Shown piece by piece: positions 61,350 through 64,000 of a stretch of 64,000 bases of DNA (position 1 is the first letter of the stretch; each line of letters begins with the position of its first letter). The stretch spans positions 608,001 through 672,000 of the forward strand of contig CAXXYE010000004.1 of assembly GCA_963674865.2 (NCBI GenBank), read 5' to 3'. The notes beneath the pieces are model-generated. The model did no database searches, was not told the origin of the DNA, and saw only the letters and a list, made by a program, of their open reading frames with translations. Source of the DNA: Candidatus Hydrogenedentota bacterium. GTDB taxonomy: Bacteria; Hydrogenedentota; Hydrogenedentia; Hydrogenedentales; SLHB01. Both the position numbers and the translations under genes were made by a program.

Positions 61350-62842
61350 CTCAGGCCCGCATCCGCATCTGGCCGGACCTGCCCAAAGCCACTATTCATC
61401 CCAATATCTACGGCCACTTCGCCGAACACATCGGCCGCTGCACCTACGAAGGCATCTGGGTCGGCCCCAAATCGCGCATTCCCAACGAAGACGGCCTCCG
61501 GCTCGACGTGCTCGCGGCCCTCAAGCAGCTTCGCGCGCCCGTCATCCGCTGGCCCGGCGGCTGCTTCGCCGATGACTACCATTGGCGCGACGGCGTCGGC
61601 CCCGTCAAGGACCGCCCCACCACCGTGAACATTTGGTGGAAGCAGAGCGAGCCGAATACCTTCGGCACCGATGAGTTCATGCGCCTATGCCGCGCCGTCG
61701 GCGCGGCGCCTTACATCTGCGTGAACCTCGGCTCCGGCTCACCTCAAGAGGCCCGTGAGTGGCTCGAATACTGCAACTTCGCCGGCGACTCGACCCTCAC
61801 CCGGATGCGCGCCGCCAACGGCGCCAAGGCCCCCTACGACGTCACCTACTGGGGCGTGGGAAATGAGAACTGGGGCTGCGGAGGCCACTTCACCCCGCGC
61901 AGTTACGCCCACGAATACACGCGATTCGCCACCTACCTGCGCGCCCTCGGCGGCAAAGACATCCAGCTCATCGCCTGCGGCTGCAATCCCATCGATCCCC
62001 ACAATCCCCGGATCAGGCATTGGAATCACGATTTCTGCGAGGAAATGCGCCACACGAGCCTTCTCGACCACATCAGTATTCACCGGTATTTCCACCGAGG
62101 AACCGCCCAAGGCTTCTCCGACTCGGAGTTTCACGCCCTGTTCGGCGACCTCCTCACCATGGAGCGCGATATTCAGGAGGCCGATGCGCTCCTGAGCTAT
62201 TTCTATCCGGACAAGTTCATCGGCCTTATCATCGACGAGTGGGGGACGTGGCACCCCGCCGCCACCACGGAAAACGGCAACGAGCAGCCTTCCGCGCTAC
62301 GCGACGGCCTCTTCGCCGCGGCCGCCCTCAATCTGTTCAACCGCTACGCCCACCGCGTCACCATGACCAACATCGCCCAAACCATCAACGTGCTCCAATG
62401 CATCGCGGCCACGGCCGGCGCCAAGATGCATCTCACGCCGACGTACCACGTCTTTGACATGATGCGCCCCCACATGGGCGCCCGGCTGCTCACCCAGGAG
62501 GTTGAGTCGCCCGGCTTCGAGACGCATCCCGTCGGCCTCAAGCAGAAACACGCCGTGCCTTACCTGAACGTCAGCGCCTCCTTGTCCGGCAAAAAGGTTT
62601 TCCTGACGGTTGTCAATCAAAGCATCGATCAGGACGTCGAGGCTACGCTCGAGCTGCGGGGGGCCTCCCCGGCCAACATCAGCGGCAAAGTTCTTCATGC
62701 GGAGGATCCGCGAGCCGTCAATACCTATGACACTCCCAAGAACGTCGCTCCAAAACGACTGAAACTGGGGGAGGTGAAGAAAGCCATCGTCCATACCTTT
62801 CCGGCTCATTCCTTCACGACCCTCACGGCTACCATGGCGTAG
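61346..62842 (+). CDS. abfA: Alpha-L-arabinofuranosidase, GH51
   Basis: YGHFAEH, RWPGGCFAD.YHW, FGTDEF, WGVGNENWGCGG, DEWG, NIAQTINVLQ. Confidence 0.93.
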   Translation: MTQARIRIWPDLPKATIHPNIYGHFAEHIGRCTYEGIWVGPKSRIPNEDGLRLDVLAALKQLRAPVIRWPGGCFADDYHWRDGVGPVKDRPTTVNIWWKQSEPNTFGTDEFMRLCRAVGAAPYICVNLGSGSPQEAREWLEYCNFAGDSTLTRMRAANGAKAPYDVTYWGVGNENWGCGGHFTPRSYAHEYTRFATYLRALGGKDIQLIACGCNPIDPHNPRIRHWNHDFCEEMRHTSLLDHISIHRYFHRGTAQGFSDSEFHALFGDLLTMERDIQEADALLSYFYPDKFIGLIIDEWGTWHPAATTENGNEQPSALRDGLFAAAALNLFNRYAHRVTMTNIAQTINVLQCIAATAGAKMHLTPTYHVFDMMRPHMGARLLTQEVESPGFETHPVGLKQKHAVPYLNVSASLSGKKVFLTVVNQSIDQDVEATLELRGASPANISGKVLHAEDPRAVNTYDTPKNVAPKRLKLGEVKKAIVHTFPAHSFTTLTATMA

Positions 62843-62859
62843 GCTTCAGGTAGGCCCCT

Positions 62860-63861
62860 ATGAGGCATCCCGCGGTATCCGTCGTCATGCCTTGCTTCAA
62901 CGCGGCCGAGACGCTCGCTGAGGCCGTCGACTCGATCCGCACACAGACCCTCCAGGATTGGGAGCTGATCATTCTCGATGACGGCTCCTCCGACGCATCC
63001 CCCCGCATCGCCGCCGATTACCAAGCCGCCGACGCCCGCATACGGTGCCGCGCTATACCTCATCAGGGAATCGTCGCCGCCCTGCAACATGCCTGCGAAG
63101 AAGCCCGCGGCGACCTCATCGCCCGCATGGACGCCGATGACGCCGCCCACCCCGAACGCCTCGAAAGACAGGTGGCGTTCATGCAGGCCCATCCCGACGT
63201 GGCCCTCTGCGGAACTCAGGTACACGCCTTCGGCAAACGCCTTCGGCAGGGCCGCGCCCGATACGAGCGGTGGATCAACGGCCTAGTGAGCCACGAGCAG
63301 ATGCTCCGGGACCTCTTCGTCGAATGCCCGATCCCGCATCCCACCTTCATGCTCCGCCGCTCGGACTTCGCGGAGGTGGGTGGATACCAAGATCACGGCT
63401 GGCCCGAGGACTACGACCTAGTCATGCGTCTATTCCTCAACGAGAAACGATTCGGCAAAATCCCCGAGCCTCTGCTCCAATGGCGCGAGTCCCCGGAGCG
63501 CCTGTCGCGCGTCGACCAGCGCTACAGCCCGGAGCAATTCCGCGCCCTCAAGCGACACTATCTCCTCGCCTCGTACCTCAAAGGGCGCGACACCTTCTAC
63601 CAATGGGGAGCGGGGGAGGTGGGCAAGGCATGGCTTCGCGAGTGGGGCGGCCGCAACCCCGTGGCCGTTGTTGACATTAATCCCAGGAAAATCGGCCACG
63701 CTATCCACGGCGTCAAGGTGATACCACCCGAGGAGTTGCCTGCGCCCGGCAAGGTGTTTATCGTAGTAGCGGTAGGGGCGCCGGGCGCCCGCGCGGAGAT
63801 CCGCGCATGGTTCGGCCCCAGGAACTACCGCGAGCTAAAAGACTATTTATTCCTCGCATGA
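62860..63861 (+). CDS. GT2 glycosyltransferase with C-terminal Rossmann-like domain
   Basis: SVVMPCFN, DDGSSD, ARMDADD, HPTF, EDYDL. C-terminal WGAGEVGK...VDINPRKIG. Confidence 0.9.
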   Translation: MRHPAVSVVMPCFNAAETLAEAVDSIRTQTLQDWELIILDDGSSDASPRIAADYQAADARIRCRAIPHQGIVAALQHACEEARGDLIARMDADDAAHPERLERQVAFMQAHPDVALCGTQVHAFGKRLRQGRARYERWINGLVSHEQMLRDLFVECPIPHPTFMLRRSDFAEVGGYQDHGWPEDYDLVMRLFLNEKRFGKIPEPLLQWRESPERLSRVDQRYSPEQFRALKRHYLLASYLKGRDTFYQWGAGEVGKAWLREWGGRNPVAVVDINPRKIGHAIHGVKVIPPEELPAPGKVFIVVAVGAPGARAEIRAWFGPRNYRELKDYLFLA

Positions 63862-64000
63862 TATTGTTGAATAAGGGCTTACAACCGGCGTCACCGTCCC
63901 GAGAGGACAGGGAAGGGGCTGTTAACCTTTTCCGGGCAGGTCTCGTTTATTAGATGACATTTGAGAGAAAAGAAAGTCCGAGCGCGTGGGACGACGAGGC

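Noticed and set aside
63965..63990. AAGAAAGTCCG resembling the RNase P RNA GAGGAAAGTCC motif
   Set aside because: Imperfect match, no P1-P3 stems upstream, and the window ends before it can be tested.

Overview
GC-rich bacterial chromosomal window, mostly core and housekeeping genes interleaved with carbohydrate-use genes. The lineage cannot be fixed from sequence alone; the gene style is loosely reminiscent of Hydrogenedentota/PVC-type genomes. In order it contains: purD 3' end, a pseudo-receiver/degenerate-GGDEF protein, a SAM methyltransferase, a lone exbD, a TM-TPR protein, a B12-binding radical SAM enzyme, purC-purF, dxs, mgtE, a GH78 rhamnosidase, trpDCFBA-hisI, pilD, manA, an ECF sigma/anti-sigma pair, AKR/PmoA-like/rhaB, dppA, a large 2xSBP-6xPAS hybrid kinase, a degenerate radical-SAM/SPASM protein, tRNA-Gly and tRNA-Lys, a glycan-processing block with an Opp/Dpp-type ABC importer, tRNA-Leu-tig-clpP-clpX-lon-engB, two hypotheticals, a GH51 and a GT2. 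I found no CRISPR array, integrase, transposase or phage gene. The best candidates for undescribed biology are: a radical-SAM fold that has lost CxxxCxxC but kept a SPASM-like Cys region; a PopA-like c-di-GMP receptor preceded by a tRNA-like/polyproline leader; a Cys/His-rich 39-aa PurF propeptide; a HisI variant coupled to trpA; a LamG domain split by a WxDCG beta-propeller; and several structured non-coding elements (covarying hairpin duplicates, a MITE with TSD, REP-like arrays, long structured leaders). All product calls come from motif recognition by eye, not database searches.
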